Source: Candidatus Eiseniibacteriota bacterium (GTDB lineage: Bacteria; Eisenbacteria; RBG-16-71-46; CAIMUX01; VGJL01). Taken from it: DNA of 64,000 nt. Shown here piece after piece: positions 52,012 through 62,056 of the stretch; position 1 is the first letter of the stretch; each line of letters opens with the position of its first letter. The notes beneath the pieces are model-generated. The model was not told the DNA's origin. It ran no database searches and was given only the letters and a program-made list of their open reading frames with translations. The position numbers and the translations under genes were made by a program. Where the stretch lies: contig CAWBWI010000003.1 of assembly GCA_963792585.1 (NCBI GenBank), positions 224,001 to 288,000 of the forward strand, written 5' to 3'.

Positions 52012-53151
52012 TTATCGCCCTTGCGCAGCCGGCGCGGGTTCTTCGTCCGGCAGCCTGAGCGGCATGACTAGACAAAGCAAATCACCTGCAGGATTTCCCG
52101 CGGGACGGAAGACTCCGGCCTGGGTGGAGCTCTTGAATGCCATCTCGACTTCCTCCGACTCGATCGTTCGGAGCATGTCGACCAGGTAGGCCGCGTTGTA
52201 GCTGATCCTCATCGGTTCATTGTCGTAGCGCGCCTCGATCTCTTCTTCCGCTTCTCCGACATCTTGGGTCTGCACGGTGATTCGCAGCTTGCCCGGCTCG
52301 AGGCCGAGGGTCACCCGCTTCGTGAAACTATCGCTGAAGATGCCGACGCGGCGGACAGCCGCAAGGAAGGCGTCGCTTCGGACAATGCCAAGTCGATCGT
52401 TGCCTGACGGTATGACCCGCTCGTAATTCGGGTATTCCCCTCCTAGGAGTCTCCCGATCAGCTGGTTGGGGCCGACGTCGAACCGGGCATACCGAGCGTC
52501 CGCAGCGATCTTCACGTTTCCCTCGGCTTCGGGTACGAGGCGTTGCAGCGTGGAGAGCGTTCTTGGCGGGATCAGGACCTTCCACTCCGCGCTCGTCTGC
52601 GTCGCATAGCTGGCACGGGCAAGTCGGTGACCATCCGTCCCCACGAAGCGCACCTCTCCTGCGAGAATCTCGATCAGGACTCCGCTCAGTTCGAGTCTCG
52701 ACTCGTCGGTCGCAACCGCATACGCCGTTCTCCGAACGAGGCGTTCCAGATCGGCTGCGGGAATCTCGACCGCCTTCGCTTCCGAGACCTCCGGAACAAC
52801 CGGAAAGTCGTCCACGCTCCTTGTGACAAGCCGGAACTTTCCTTGTCCGCAGGTAACTTCCAGGGTCGTACCCTTCAACCGGAGTCGAAGAGAGCTCGCT
52901 GGCAGCTCTTTCACGATTTCGAGGAATCGGCGGCCCTGAACGGCGATCACGCCCGGCTGTTCCACGGTGGCACGGACCTCGGTCCGTAGATACTGGTCAC
53001 CGTCCGTTCCTTCCAGTCGAACCCGCCCGTCTTCGGTGGCCCTGACCAAAACAGACGACAGCACGCTCTGGAGGACACTCTTCGACGGAACGACCGATCC
53101 GACCAACTGCAAGGTCCTGAGCAGTTCACCTTGAACGACCGAAAAGTCCAT
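52012..53151 (-). CDS. dnaN: DNA polymerase III beta clamp
   Basis: GTDGHRLA, GEYPNYERVIP, YNAAYL, LVMPLR; downstream of dnaA. Confidence 0.97.
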   Translation of the reverse strand: MDFSVVQGELLRTLQLVGSVVPSKSVLQSVLSSVLVRATEDGRVRLEGTDGDQYLRTEVRATVEQPGVIAVQGRRFLEIVKELPASSLRLRLKGTTLEVTCGQGKFRLVTRSVDDFPVVPEVSEAKAVEIPAADLERLVRRTAYAVATDESRLELSGVLIEILAGEVRFVGTDGHRLARASYATQTSAEWKVLIPPRTLSTLQRLVPEAEGNVKIAADARYARFDVGPNQLIGRLLGGEYPNYERVIPSGNDRLGIVRSDAFLAAVRRVGIFSDSFTKRVTLGLEPGKLRITVQTQDVGEAEEEIEARYDNEPMRISYNAAYLVDMLRTIESEEVEMAFKSSTQAGVFRPAGNPAGDLLCLVMPLRLPDEEPAPAAQGR

Positions 53152-53635
53152 TTCGCCCCCACTCGTCGGCTCGCGCCCAGGGTACTGGACGAGCCGCTTT
53201 CATCGTTGTTCCCAATCTCGCTAACGGGAACACTGGAAAACTGTTGTCCACGCTCGCGGGATCCGGGACTGGGCGTTCCGGCCGTCCCGCGACAGGCGTT
53301 TTTGGACCCTGGATCAGGCTTCAGTTTCCCAAGATCATCATCGTACGAATTGGGCCTAGCAAAGGCAAGGCCGACATGTGTTCGAGACGCTGCACCTTCT
53401 TCTCTATGAGTAAATTAACAGGTAGTCGTAGGGATAGGAGTGTTGGCTCCGTGGAGAACGCATGCGAGTGGGTCGGTACCAACAATGGGGCGTGAACGTT
53501 CGCGCCTCCCAGCGCCTGTGGAGAGCATGATGGAAACTTGCGCAGGCGGGTCTGGGTTCTCAACCGTAGGTTCTCTCCACGAGAATTGGGTGTCGACTTG
53601 TGGAAAACGGGTGTCGGGATACGAACACCTCGGGG
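53152..53635. other. oriC unwinding sub-region (dnaA-dnaN intergenic)
   Basis: DnaA-box-like 9-mers at 53244, 53450, 53517, 53573, 53599; trio-like repeats 53421-53444; AT patch 53411-53418. Confidence 0.75.
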
Positions 53636-55060
53636 TCACATGCCCGGGAGAGTCGGAGGGATAATCGATGGCTCGGGCGATACTCGTGGGATCGCGGCCG
53701 GCCGCAGATCTTCTTCGACCTGGGCAAGTGTCTGTCGCAGCGATTCGTTTCCACGTAGCTCTTCTGTAACCCGATTGAGGGCGTAAATCACCGTACTGTG
53801 ATCCCGATTTCCGAACTTCTTGCCGATTTCCACCAAAGTCATGCCGGTACACTGTTTGGCAACGTACATCGCAACTTGCCGGGCCAGAGCAAGTTGGCTC
53901 GTCCGACGTTTGCCCCGCATAGATTCAACGGAAACGTCGAAATATTTAGCCACGATTTTCTGGATGGTCACGATGTCCGGGGGACCGACCGACTGGGCCC
54001 GGATATAACCTCGAAGCGCGTCCTTTGCCAGATCCTCGGTGATCGGGCTGGAGGTCAGGGTCGCCAAAGCCGAGAGGCGGATGAGAGCCCCCTCCAGCTC
54101 TCGGATGTTGGCCCGGATGTTCTCCGCGAGAAGAAAGACCACTCGGTCCGGCACCGACAACCCTTCTCTCGACGATCTTTGCCTGAGAATAGCGACCCTC
54201 GTCTCGAAATCCGGGGGATGGATGTCAGCTACCAGACCGCACTGAAACCGTGATGTGAGACGCTCTTCCAGGCTCACGAGGTCGCTCGGAGGGCGGTCGC
54301 AATTGACCACAACTTGTTTGTTGGCATCATAAAGAATATTGAAGGTGTGGAAGAACTCCTCTTCTGTCCGACCGCGGCCCGAGAGGAACTGAATGTCGTC
54401 GATCAGGAGCAGGTCGAGACTCCGATAGCGTTCACGAAATTCCATGGTTGTGCCGGCACGGATCGCCTCGATCATCTCGTTCATGAACGTCTCTGAGCCG
54501 ACGTACTGCACTCGTGCCTTGGGATTACGCTGGCGCAGGGCAAGACCGATCGCCTGCATCAAATGGGTCTTCCCGAGGCCGACCCCGCCATAGATGAAGA
54601 GGGGGTTGTAGACGTAGCCGGGATCCTTGGCGACCGCCTGGCAGGCCGCATGGGCCAGCTCATTGCTGCGACCCACGACGAAATTCTCGAAGCTAAAGCG
54701 AGGGTTTAGGTTAGAGGTTTCGTCAGTCGAAATTGATGATGTCTGGGTGAGGGACGTCGAAGGCCCGGTCTTCTCGAGCGCTTTCTGGAACTGCTCTTTG
54801 TAGTCCTCCTGGACAGTGAAGGAGATCTTCGGGCTCCAACCCCACGCCTCATGAACCGCCTGGCGAAGAATGGGCAGATTGTGCTCTTCGAACCAGTCGA
54901 TGAAGAACGGATTGGGCACCTGTAGGGTGAGGCACTCCTCGTCAACCCCCAGAGGGGACAGGGGCCTGAACCAAGTCACGAACCGCTGTTCGGTCATCCG
55001 ACCTTTCAGCGTTGTAAGAACAGCTTCCCAGCGCTCGGCGATGCCGCGTTCCTCTGACAA
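53636..55060 (-). CDS. dnaA: Chromosomal replication initiator DnaA
   Basis: YNPLFIYGGVGLGKTHL, LLIDDIQF, EEFFHTFN, NIRELEGAL, RQVAMY, RDHSTV; start placed at TTG 55060 after a G-rich SD. Confidence 0.97.
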   Translation of the reverse strand: MSEERGIAERWEAVLTTLKGRMTEQRFVTWFRPLSPLGVDEECLTLQVPNPFFIDWFEEHNLPILRQAVHEAWGWSPKISFTVQEDYKEQFQKALEKTGPSTSLTQTSSISTDETSNLNPRFSFENFVVGRSNELAHAACQAVAKDPGYVYNPLFIYGGVGLGKTHLMQAIGLALRQRNPKARVQYVGSETFMNEMIEAIRAGTTMEFRERYRSLDLLLIDDIQFLSGRGRTEEEFFHTFNILYDANKQVVVNCDRPPSDLVSLEERLTSRFQCGLVADIHPPDFETRVAILRQRSSREGLSVPDRVVFLLAENIRANIRELEGALIRLSALATLTSSPITEDLAKDALRGYIRAQSVGPPDIVTIQKIVAKYFDVSVESMRGKRRTSQLALARQVAMYVAKQCTGMTLVEIGKKFGNRDHSTVIYALNRVTEELRGNESLRQTLAQVEEDLRPAAIPRVSPEPSIIPPTLPGM

Positions 55061-55666
55061 TAGCCCCCCCGACCCAAGCCAAGACCTTGAGTTATCCACA
55101 ACGTTGCTCACAAACACGTCTACGGCGGCGATATACGTAGCTTAGGGACCTGCTCGATTCTCCGCAGGCCACCCAGAAGGAAGGCAGGGGATATTGACAC
55201 TGATAGCAGGGTCGGATCTCAATATAAAACAATCAGTTACGCAAGTCATGAACACGCACCACCCGAGCGTTTTCCACACAGTCCACAGAGGGCACATGAC
55301 GTTAGCGAACGATACCTCGGTGTCAGATCCTGGTTACGACCCTATAGGGCCTACTTATGAACACCCAAACAAACCACCAGGGCGGCGGCATCCTAGCACC
55401 CGGATTCGTGAGGGGGCAACGGGATTTTGACTGGGACTCAAAGAAAGCGTAACAGTTTGATTTTTATGATAGTTACGATGGGACGGAGGATTCCGGCGGG
55501 GTGAGAAATCGGATCTCCTGGTCGGGAGGGACTCCTGGCGACCGGGAATGGGCGGTCCAACAAGCCCTTTCCCCCGGTACCTTGACAGGTTGAGCTCCCG
55601 GGGCCTATGGTGACCGTCTGTGCTCGAAAGAGGGGGATACCCTCCTAAGCGAGCAGGAGGTGTGAT
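55061..55666. promoter_or_regulatory. dnaA-rpmH intergenic region: DnaA boxes, IHF-like site, promoter
   Basis: Perfect TTATCCACA 55092-55100; TTGCTCACA 55104; TTTTCCACA 55270; minus-strand AATCAAACTGTTA 55450-55462; TTGACA-N18-TATGGT 55582-55611. Confidence 0.75.
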
Positions 55667-55801
55667 TTGAAGCGGACTTACCAGCCCCATAACCGGCGCC
55701 GGAAGCGGACGCATGGTTTTCGCGTTAGGATGAGATCTGTCGGCGGACGCAAGGTGCTCAGCCGCAGGCGCGCAAAGGGGAGAAAACGCCTGGTTGTGTA
55801 G
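55667..55801 (+). CDS. rpmH: 50S ribosomal protein L34 (missing from the ORF track, 44 aa)
   Basis: TTG start after [50 protein letters not shown]. Confidence 0.97.
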   Translation: MKRTYQPHNRRRKRTHGFRVRMRSVGGRKVLSRRRAKGRKRLVV

Positions 55802-56180
55802 TTCCCCCGCCACCGATGGCCGCCTTCGCTTCCGTCGTGATTTCCATGCATTGTATGACCAAGGGACCGCAGTGCGCGGGAGGCTGATGGTCTTGATCTT
55901 TCGACCGAACGGTCGAGACGATACGCGGTGGGCCATCGTGGCCAGCCGCAAGACCGGCGGCGCGGTCAGCCGGAATCGTTGCAAGAGACTCCTTCGTGAG
56001 GCATATCGAGCCCTGCGGGGCCAAGTTCAGGCCGCCGGCCTGGACATCGTACTTATTGCGCGTCCCGCATGCCGCCAGAGTCGAGTACACGAAGTGCTCG
56101 CCGATTTGGCTGGTTTGTACAAAGAGGCAGGACTGCTGGTGATAGAACTCCGGCCGAATCCCGGCGTGAGCTCCAAATGA
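55794..56180 (+). CDS. rnpA: Ribonuclease P protein component
   Basis: [22 protein letters not shown] (RNR motif); follows rpmH. Confidence 0.93.
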   Translation: MCSSPATDGRLRFRRDFHALYDQGTAVRGRLMVLIFRPNGRDDTRWAIVASRKTGGAVSRNRCKRLLREAYRALRGQVQAAGLDIVLIARPACRQSRVHEVLADLAGLYKEAGLLVIELRPNPGVSSK

Positions 56181-56386
56181 CGGCGCTCGCGGTTGTCTTG
56201 ATCCGGGGTTATCGCGCGTGCATATCCCCGTTGCTGCCCGCGACATGTCGGTACGATCCAAGTTGCTCTTCCTATGCCGAGGAAGCGATCCAACGCCACG
56301 GATGGCTCAAGGGATCGTGGCTATCCATTCGAAGGGTCGCGCGATGCCACCCCTTGGGCTCGCATGGGTTTGATCCAGTTCCCTAG
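56177..56386 (+). CDS. yidD: Membrane protein insertion efficiency factor
   Basis: [25 protein letters not shown]. Confidence 0.93.
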   Translation: MTALAVVLIRGYRACISPLLPATCRYDPSCSSYAEEAIQRHGWLKGSWLSIRRVARCHPLGSHGFDPVP

Positions 56387-56413
56387 CCGCTTCGCGGCAG
56401 GAAGGACTTAGGT

Positions 56414-58120
56414 ATGGACCGCCGGATGCTGCTAGCAATGGTGCTGGCGATCCTCGTCCTCTTCATAAACACGCTCGTATTTGCTCCCAAGCACAAGGAA
56501 GTTCCGCCGCCGCCGAAGACCACGGAACAAGTACCAGAGGCGCCCGTGAAAGCCTCTGAGATGACTGCAAGGCAGGATGCCGTGCAACCGGTCATTCCCC
56601 CCGGAATGGGGATGATCCTGGACCGGACGGCGGCCTCGGATACGACCGGCGCAATTCGCGTTGAAACACGCTCGGTCATCGCGGAATTCGATCCAGTAGG
56701 CGGTTCCCTCCGTTCGTGGAAGCTCTTGAAATACACGGATGCCGCGGGCCACACGGCGGATCTCGTCCGAACGGCCGCCATTGGGGCGCTCTGGTTCACA
56801 CTGAAGGATGGAAACAGGCAGATCCGGACCGACTCGACCCGCTTCCGGCCGACCGTCACGCGCTCGGGCGAATCCACAACGATCCGTTTTGTGGCGACAG
56901 ATCCGTCGGGCATTTCGGTAGAGAAAGCCTACACGATTCCCGCGGAGGGATATCTGTGCAAGCTTGAAGTGACGGTCCGCGGGATAGGGGAGGAGAGCGA
57001 CGGCGCCGGATGGGAAATCGGCTGGCTGGATGGGTTGCCCTTGCTGGAGAAGGACCCCGGCACGGATCGGATGGCAATCGCCTCCGTTGCGCTCTTTGGT
57101 AAAGAGTTCATTCGGACGCACGGTGGCGGTGGGCAATTCGGCTGTGCGGGACGCTCCGGCGGAGTGAAGAAGGAAGAAAACAGCGGAACTCTAAGGTGGA
57201 TGGGCGTGCGGAACCGGTATTTCCTCGGCGCACTCATTCTCGATCCGCCTCAGGACAGACGGATCGTAACGAGCTGGGATGGAGATTCCGGTACGGCGGG
57301 CGCCACGATGTTCGAACCGCTGTCCATGTCGGGGGCAACGCGACAGGAATACAGCCTCTATCTTGGGCCGATCCACTACGGAACCCTTGAGAATCTGAAA
57401 GTGGGTCTCGAGCGAGTTCAGGATCTCGGTCCGGGAGTCCTTCGGCCATTCTCGAAGCTCTTGATGAAGTTCTTCCTCGAGTTGAACAAGATCGTTCCCA
57501 ACTACGGGCTCGAGATTCTGATCTTGTCCATTCTCATCCGGCTGCTCTTCTACCCGTTGACAAAGAAGAGCATGGACTCGATGAAACGCATGCAGCAGCT
57601 GAAGCCGGAAATGGACCGGATCAACGAGCGGTTCAAGGGCGATCCCGAGCGGAAGAACAAAGAAGTGCTCGAGCTATACCGTACCAACAAGATCAACCCG
57701 CTCGGCGGATGCCTTCCCGTACTTGTCCAGTTGCCGGTTCTCTCGGGACTCTATTTTGTCCTGGCGAATGCCGTGCAACTCCGGAAGGAGCCATTCGGTC
57801 TGTGGATTCACGATCTCTCGGCGCCGGACACGGTCGCGCACCTTGCAGGATTTCCCGTAAATCCGATGCCCCTGATCATGGCGGGCACGATGTTCTGGCA
57901 ACAGAAGATCACCCCAACCGACCCGAGACAGGCGAGCCTCGGGTACATCATGCCGATCTTCATGACCTTCCTGTTCTACTCAACCCCATCCGGACTTGTG
58001 CTGTATTGGACCGTCAGCAATCTGATGACGGTCTTGCAACAGATCTGGATGAACCGATCGGGTACCCAAGCGCCGGTACTGGTCACCAGCCCCGAGCCAC
58101 CAGCTAGGAGCAAGCGCTAG
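56414..58120 (+). CDS. yidC: Membrane protein insertase YidC
   Basis: N-terminal TM, periplasmic domain, YLGP, NYGL.I, INPLGGCLP, PSGLVLYW. Confidence 0.96.
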   Translation: MDRRMLLAMVLAILVLFINTLVFAPKHKEVPPPPKTTEQVPEAPVKASEMTARQDAVQPVIPPGMGMILDRTAASDTTGAIRVETRSVIAEFDPVGGSLRSWKLLKYTDAAGHTADLVRTAAIGALWFTLKDGNRQIRTDSTRFRPTVTRSGESTTIRFVATDPSGISVEKAYTIPAEGYLCKLEVTVRGIGEESDGAGWEIGWLDGLPLLEKDPGTDRMAIASVALFGKEFIRTHGGGGQFGCAGRSGGVKKEENSGTLRWMGVRNRYFLGALILDPPQDRRIVTSWDGDSGTAGATMFEPLSMSGATRQEYSLYLGPIHYGTLENLKVGLERVQDLGPGVLRPFSKLLMKFFLELNKIVPNYGLEILILSILIRLLFYPLTKKSMDSMKRMQQLKPEMDRINERFKGDPERKNKEVLELYRTNKINPLGGCLPVLVQLPVLSGLYFVLANAVQLRKEPFGLWIHDLSAPDTVAHLAGFPVNPMPLIMAGTMFWQQKITPTDPRQASLGYIMPIFMTFLFYSTPSGLVLYWTVSNLMTVLQQIWMNRSGTQAPVLVTSPEPPARSKR

Positions 58121-58164
58121 CCAGCGTGGAGATCCCGGGAGACTCGGCCCCGGATTAGGTAAAT

Positions 58165-58869
58165 ATGGGCACCGAACCAGATCTGAGGCACGGTGATCGA
58201 TGGGCGGGAGAGTTGGACGCACTTGCTACCCGAATCCACCCATATCGACTTTGTCTCGATGAACAGCAGCGCACCAAAATCGCCAGATACTGCACGGAAC
58301 TCCTAGAATGGAACAGGCGTTATGCCCTCCTATCACGACACGATGCGGACGCCATTCTCAGGAAGCATGTCGCAGCATGTCTCGGATCGGTGCTTTTGGT
58401 TGCTCCTAATGATGCTGAGAAATGGGTGGATGTTGGTACCGGCGCCGGATTGCCTGGTATTGTGCTGAAAATCCTGGCACCCGGACAACCAATAACACTC
58501 ATAGAGAGTAGCCACAAGAAATGTGTATTTCTTGAACATGTGGCGCGGGTCCTCGAACTCGGCCCGATGCCAATTCTTGCCAAAAGAGTGGAAACACTCG
58601 TTGCGAGGGGGGAGCAGTTGGGTGCCTTCGATGTGCTCTTCGCTCGAGCTGTTGCGGACATCCGCGACACCCTTGCCCAGTTTGGCCCACTCGTCCGTCC
58701 CGGGGGAAGGATCGTAACCTTCAAGGGACCTGGGTGGGAGAGCGACGCCCGGGCTGCCGAGTCCGCCGGAATCCTGGCAAGTGGGAAGTACGAGATCCAA
58801 GAGGTTCTCAGGGTGCCTTGGGGACCGGGGCATCTTCTGCTAATCCACAAGGGAACAACCCCCGTCTGA
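58165..58869 (+). CDS. rsmG: 16S rRNA m7G527 methyltransferase
   Basis: DVGTGAGLPGI, ESSHKKCVFL, ARAV; upstream of parA. Confidence 0.93.
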   Translation: MGTEPDLRHGDRWAGELDALATRIHPYRLCLDEQQRTKIARYCTELLEWNRRYALLSRHDADAILRKHVAACLGSVLLVAPNDAEKWVDVGTGAGLPGIVLKILAPGQPITLIESSHKKCVFLEHVARVLELGPMPILAKRVETLVARGEQLGAFDVLFARAVADIRDTLAQFGPLVRPGGRIVTFKGPGWESDARAAESAGILASGKYEIQEVLRVPWGPGHLLLIHKGTTPV

Positions 58870-58875
58870 TTTCCA

Positions 58876-58915
58876 GGTTTCACGTGAAACAGAATAGGAT
58901 GTTTCACGTGAAACG
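58876..58915. promoter_or_regulatory. parS: Two tandem parS sites
   Basis: GTTTCACGTGAAAC palindromic core at 58877-58890 and 58901-58914. Confidence 0.95.
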
Positions 58916-59022
58916 GCGTTGACGCCGCGCTTCCCCGCTGCTAGTTTCCGCCGAGTGGAATCCCAGGGCCAGGAGGCCCGGGCGACTTAACGAGATCCAT
59001 CCATAGGAAGCACGCTGAAGAT

Positions 59023-59784
59023 ATGGGCCGATTGATCGCGATCGCCAATCAGAAAGGCGGGGTTGGCAAGACCACGACGGCCGTGAACGTCGCTGCCGCA
59101 ATTGCCTCGAAGGGAACTCGGGTCCTCGTCGTCGACGCTGACCCGCAGGGGAATGCGACTTCCGGCCTCGGGGTGCGCGTGGACGCTACCGAGCGGACGA
59201 CGTATGAGGTGCTGATCGGCGCAGCGAGTGCCGAGGAGGTCATCCGCGAGACCGTCGTGCCGGGGCTCTATCTACTCGCCTCAGATCCACGGCTGGCCGG
59301 TGCTGAGGTCGAACTCGTTGGCGAGCCCGGGCGCGAGATGATGCTCGCAACAGCGTTGCAGCCGCAGATTGACTCATATGAGTTCGTATTCATCGATTGC
59401 CCGCCATCTCTAGGGCTCCTGACCCTCAATGCGCTTACAACGGCAAAATCGGTCCTGATCACGATACAGTGTGAATACTATGCGCTTGAAGGCGTCGGGC
59501 GACTCATGGAGACCATCGAGCGGATCCGTGAAGCGTTCAACGCGGATCTTCGGATCGAGGGGATTCTCCTCACCATGTACGACAGCAGGCTCAACCTGTC
59601 GGTCCAGGTCGCGGAGGAAGCAAGACACTTCTTTGGGGACCAAGTCTATCGGACCATGATCCCCCGTAACGTCCGCCTTGGAGAAGCGCCCAGCTTTGGC
59701 AAGCCGATCACCCTGTACGACCCCAACTGCATCGGTGCTGCGAGCTATTTTGGACTCGCCGAGGAGATCATTGCTCATGAGTAG
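59023..59784 (+). CDS. parA: Chromosome partitioning ATPase ParA/Soj
   Basis: ANQKGGVGKTTT, DPQGNAT, DCPPSLG, QCEYYALEG, IPRNVRL.EAPSFG. Confidence 0.97.
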   Translation: MGRLIAIANQKGGVGKTTTAVNVAAAIASKGTRVLVVDADPQGNATSGLGVRVDATERTTYEVLIGAASAEEVIRETVVPGLYLLASDPRLAGAEVELVGEPGREMMLATALQPQIDSYEFVFIDCPPSLGLLTLNALTTAKSVLITIQCEYYALEGVGRLMETIERIREAFNADLRIEGILLTMYDSRLNLSVQVAEEARHFFGDQVYRTMIPRNVRLGEAPSFGKPITLYDPNCIGAASYFGLAEEIIAHE

Positions 59785-60655
59785 GAAGGTCCTGGGTCGA
59801 GGGTTGGATGCGCTGATCCCGCGTCCCGTGGTCGAGGCCACACCGCCGCCGGCGCCGCGGGTGGAGCGCGGCATGGTGTCGGTAGAACGCATTCGCCCGA
59901 ATCCGTGGCAACCTCGCAGCGTGTCTGATCCCGTCAAGATGGACGAGCTGGTGCGTTCAATCCAGGCGATGGGGGTCCTGGAGCCCCTCCTCCTGCGTGC
60001 GGTCGGCGAGAGTTACGAACTGATCGCTGGAGACCGACGGCTTCGGGCGGCCCAACGCATTGGTATGAAAGAGGTTCCGGCAATAATCGTCGAATTGGGC
60101 GACAAGGAGAGTCTCGAGGTCGCCCTCGTAGAGAATATCCAGCGTGAGGATCTCAATCCGGTCGACGAGGCACGTGCGTATCATGTTCTCGCGGAAGAGT
60201 TTGGAAGGACACACGACGAGATCGCGATTCAAGTTGGAAAGGACCGGAGCACCGTCTCGAACTTGCTGCGTCTACTGAGGCTTCCACCGGAGGTGCTTGA
60301 CGCCGTTTCAACTGGATCGTTGAGCGTCGGCCACGCCCGCGCCCTCCTCGGTCTTCCCCGCCCGCAGGATCAACAGAAATGGGCCGGCCGCATCCTCGCC
60401 GACGACTGGTCTGTTCGCGAGACGGAGCGGCGTATTTCCGAAGCGCTCGCGCCCAAAGCCGTCGGATCGCCGGACATCGCCGAGGCGGAGAGGGACCCGC
60501 ATTTGCTTCGCGTAGAAGAGGCGATCCGTCGTCGAGTTGGGACCCAGGTGCATTTGCGCGTCGGAAGGAAAGGAAGCGGGCGACTGGAGTTCATCTTTTC
60601 GGATCAAGAGGATCTGGAGCGAATCCTCGAGGTCATTGGCGTCCAGATTCACTAA
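59777..60655 (+). CDS. parB: Chromosome partitioning protein ParB/Spo0J
   Basis: LGRGLDALI, PNPWQPR, IAGDRRLRAA, ENIQREDLN, HTH GKDRSTVSNLLRLL. Confidence 0.97.
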   Translation: MSRKVLGRGLDALIPRPVVEATPPPAPRVERGMVSVERIRPNPWQPRSVSDPVKMDELVRSIQAMGVLEPLLLRAVGESYELIAGDRRLRAAQRIGMKEVPAIIVELGDKESLEVALVENIQREDLNPVDEARAYHVLAEEFGRTHDEIAIQVGKDRSTVSNLLRLLRLPPEVLDAVSTGSLSVGHARALLGLPRPQDQQKWAGRILADDWSVRETERRISEALAPKAVGSPDIAEAERDPHLLRVEEAIRRRVGTQVHLRVGRKGSGRLEFIFSDQEDLERILEVIGVQIH

Positions 60656-60664
60656 GGGTCGCAA

Positions 60665-61525
60665 GTGAAGCTTCACCGGCAACTGGCAGAGTGGCTACGC
60701 AAACATGCCGCCGCGGACCGCAATAGCATCACCGTGACGATCGCGCCGGCGCAGGCGAGCCGAACATTCCAAATAGAGCTGCCTCGATGGAGCCTGAGAG
60801 TTCTCGGAGTGTCCCTCGTCGCCGGATTCGTCCTGTTGGTGGCCGGAGGAATTCTTATGGACGGCTGATCCGTGACGCGCGTCCTTCTTCGGGAGATCCG
60901 TCTGGAGAATGTTCAACTTCGTGCACGCGCGGACAAGATCAAAGATCTCGAAGGCCAGATTGCGCAGATCGATCAGGTTCGGCGTCAGCTCTACACAATC
61001 GCCGGAATTCCAGACACGATGTGGGTCGATTCCGACGTGCGGACACCGGACGATCCGATGTCCATCATCGCCGAGCCGGCCACACTCGAGAACGGAATCG
61101 CCGACTCGCCAACAGCAGCGGGAGCGCAGTTGCGCGATCTCCCGTTCCGAGGGCCTGTCAGCCGTGGGTTCTCTTCCGGTCGAAAGCTAAGTCCAGAGCA
61201 CAGTGGAGTCGACATCGCCGGACCGGAGGGGGCGGCGGTCTCGGCAGCAGGGGACGGCGTGGTGGTGTTCGCCGGCTGGGATTCCACCTTCGGCAATCTC
61301 CTTGTCCTTCGCCACGGCAATGGCTGGGAGACAAAGTACGGTCACAATGCGAGTCTCTTCGTTACGGTCGGGGACTCTGTTCGCGCGGGACAGACGATCT
61401 CCCTCCTGGGAAGCACGGGGAAGAGTTCCGCGCCGCACCTGCACTTCGAGATCGTTCACGATGGAGCGCCGATCGATCCGGGAGACTGCTTCCCGGCATT
61501 GTACAGCAAGGCCGCCGGGCGGTGA
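60665..61525 (+). CDS. M23 family peptidase with N-terminal TM and coiled coil (interrupted by in-frame TGA at 60866-60868)
   Basis: HSGVD and PHLHFE zinc motifs, YGHN; the two ORF pieces share a frame. Confidence 0.85.
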
Positions 61526-61584
61526 GCCGGCGGACGATTGCCGCCATGGCTCAATGACCAGGCGCGTGGCAGATAGGAGGGGAC

Positions 61585-62045
61585 ATGTTCGGCAAATCTC
61601 AGGAAGCAGGGGTCACACGATCTCAGTCGTTGATCCAGGAGGGGGTCACTCTCAAAGGTGAGATGAAGGCGGAGGGGGACATCCGACTCGATGGGTCACT
61701 CGAAGGAACCCTCAGCTCCAAGTCTCGGGTGACGGTCGGGGTGACCGGCGCCGTGAACGCGGACATTGAGGCGGCTGAAGTTCTGATCATGGGGCGTGTC
61801 CGGGGAAAGGTGACCGGTCACCGCCGCATCGAGCTTCGAAAGGGTGCCCATGTCGAGGGAGACCTTACGACCCAGTCGTTGGTCATTGAAGAGGGGGTTT
61901 CTTCCAGGGGTTCTCCCAGATGAACGTCGTCCCGGTGAGTACTTCCATGAGTCCGGGGGACCCTCGGGGTGCCACTCACGGGGAAGGGGTCAAAGGTCTG
62001 GACAAGGACCTGTTCCCGAAGGGTGCGAGCAAAAACAACGGATAG
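61585..62045 (+). CDS. Bactofilin (polymer-forming cytoskeletal protein), one frameshift near 61900
   Basis: SLI.EG....G......DIRLDG..EG, G.V.G, A.VEGD....SLVIEEG; continues FQGFSQM in a shifted frame to TAG 62045. Confidence 0.88.
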
Positions 62046-62056
62046 ATGATAGATCC

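Noticed and set aside
58165..58620. Lower-GC stretch in rsmG as a sign of horizontal transfer
   Set aside because: The gene is in its canonical position before parAB and has no mobility signatures.
60845..60890. In-frame TGA in the M23 gene as selenocysteine or stop-codon recoding
   Set aside because: The neighbouring frame reads YGRLIRDA across this spot, which fits two compensating indels. TGA is used as a normal stop for many genes in the window.
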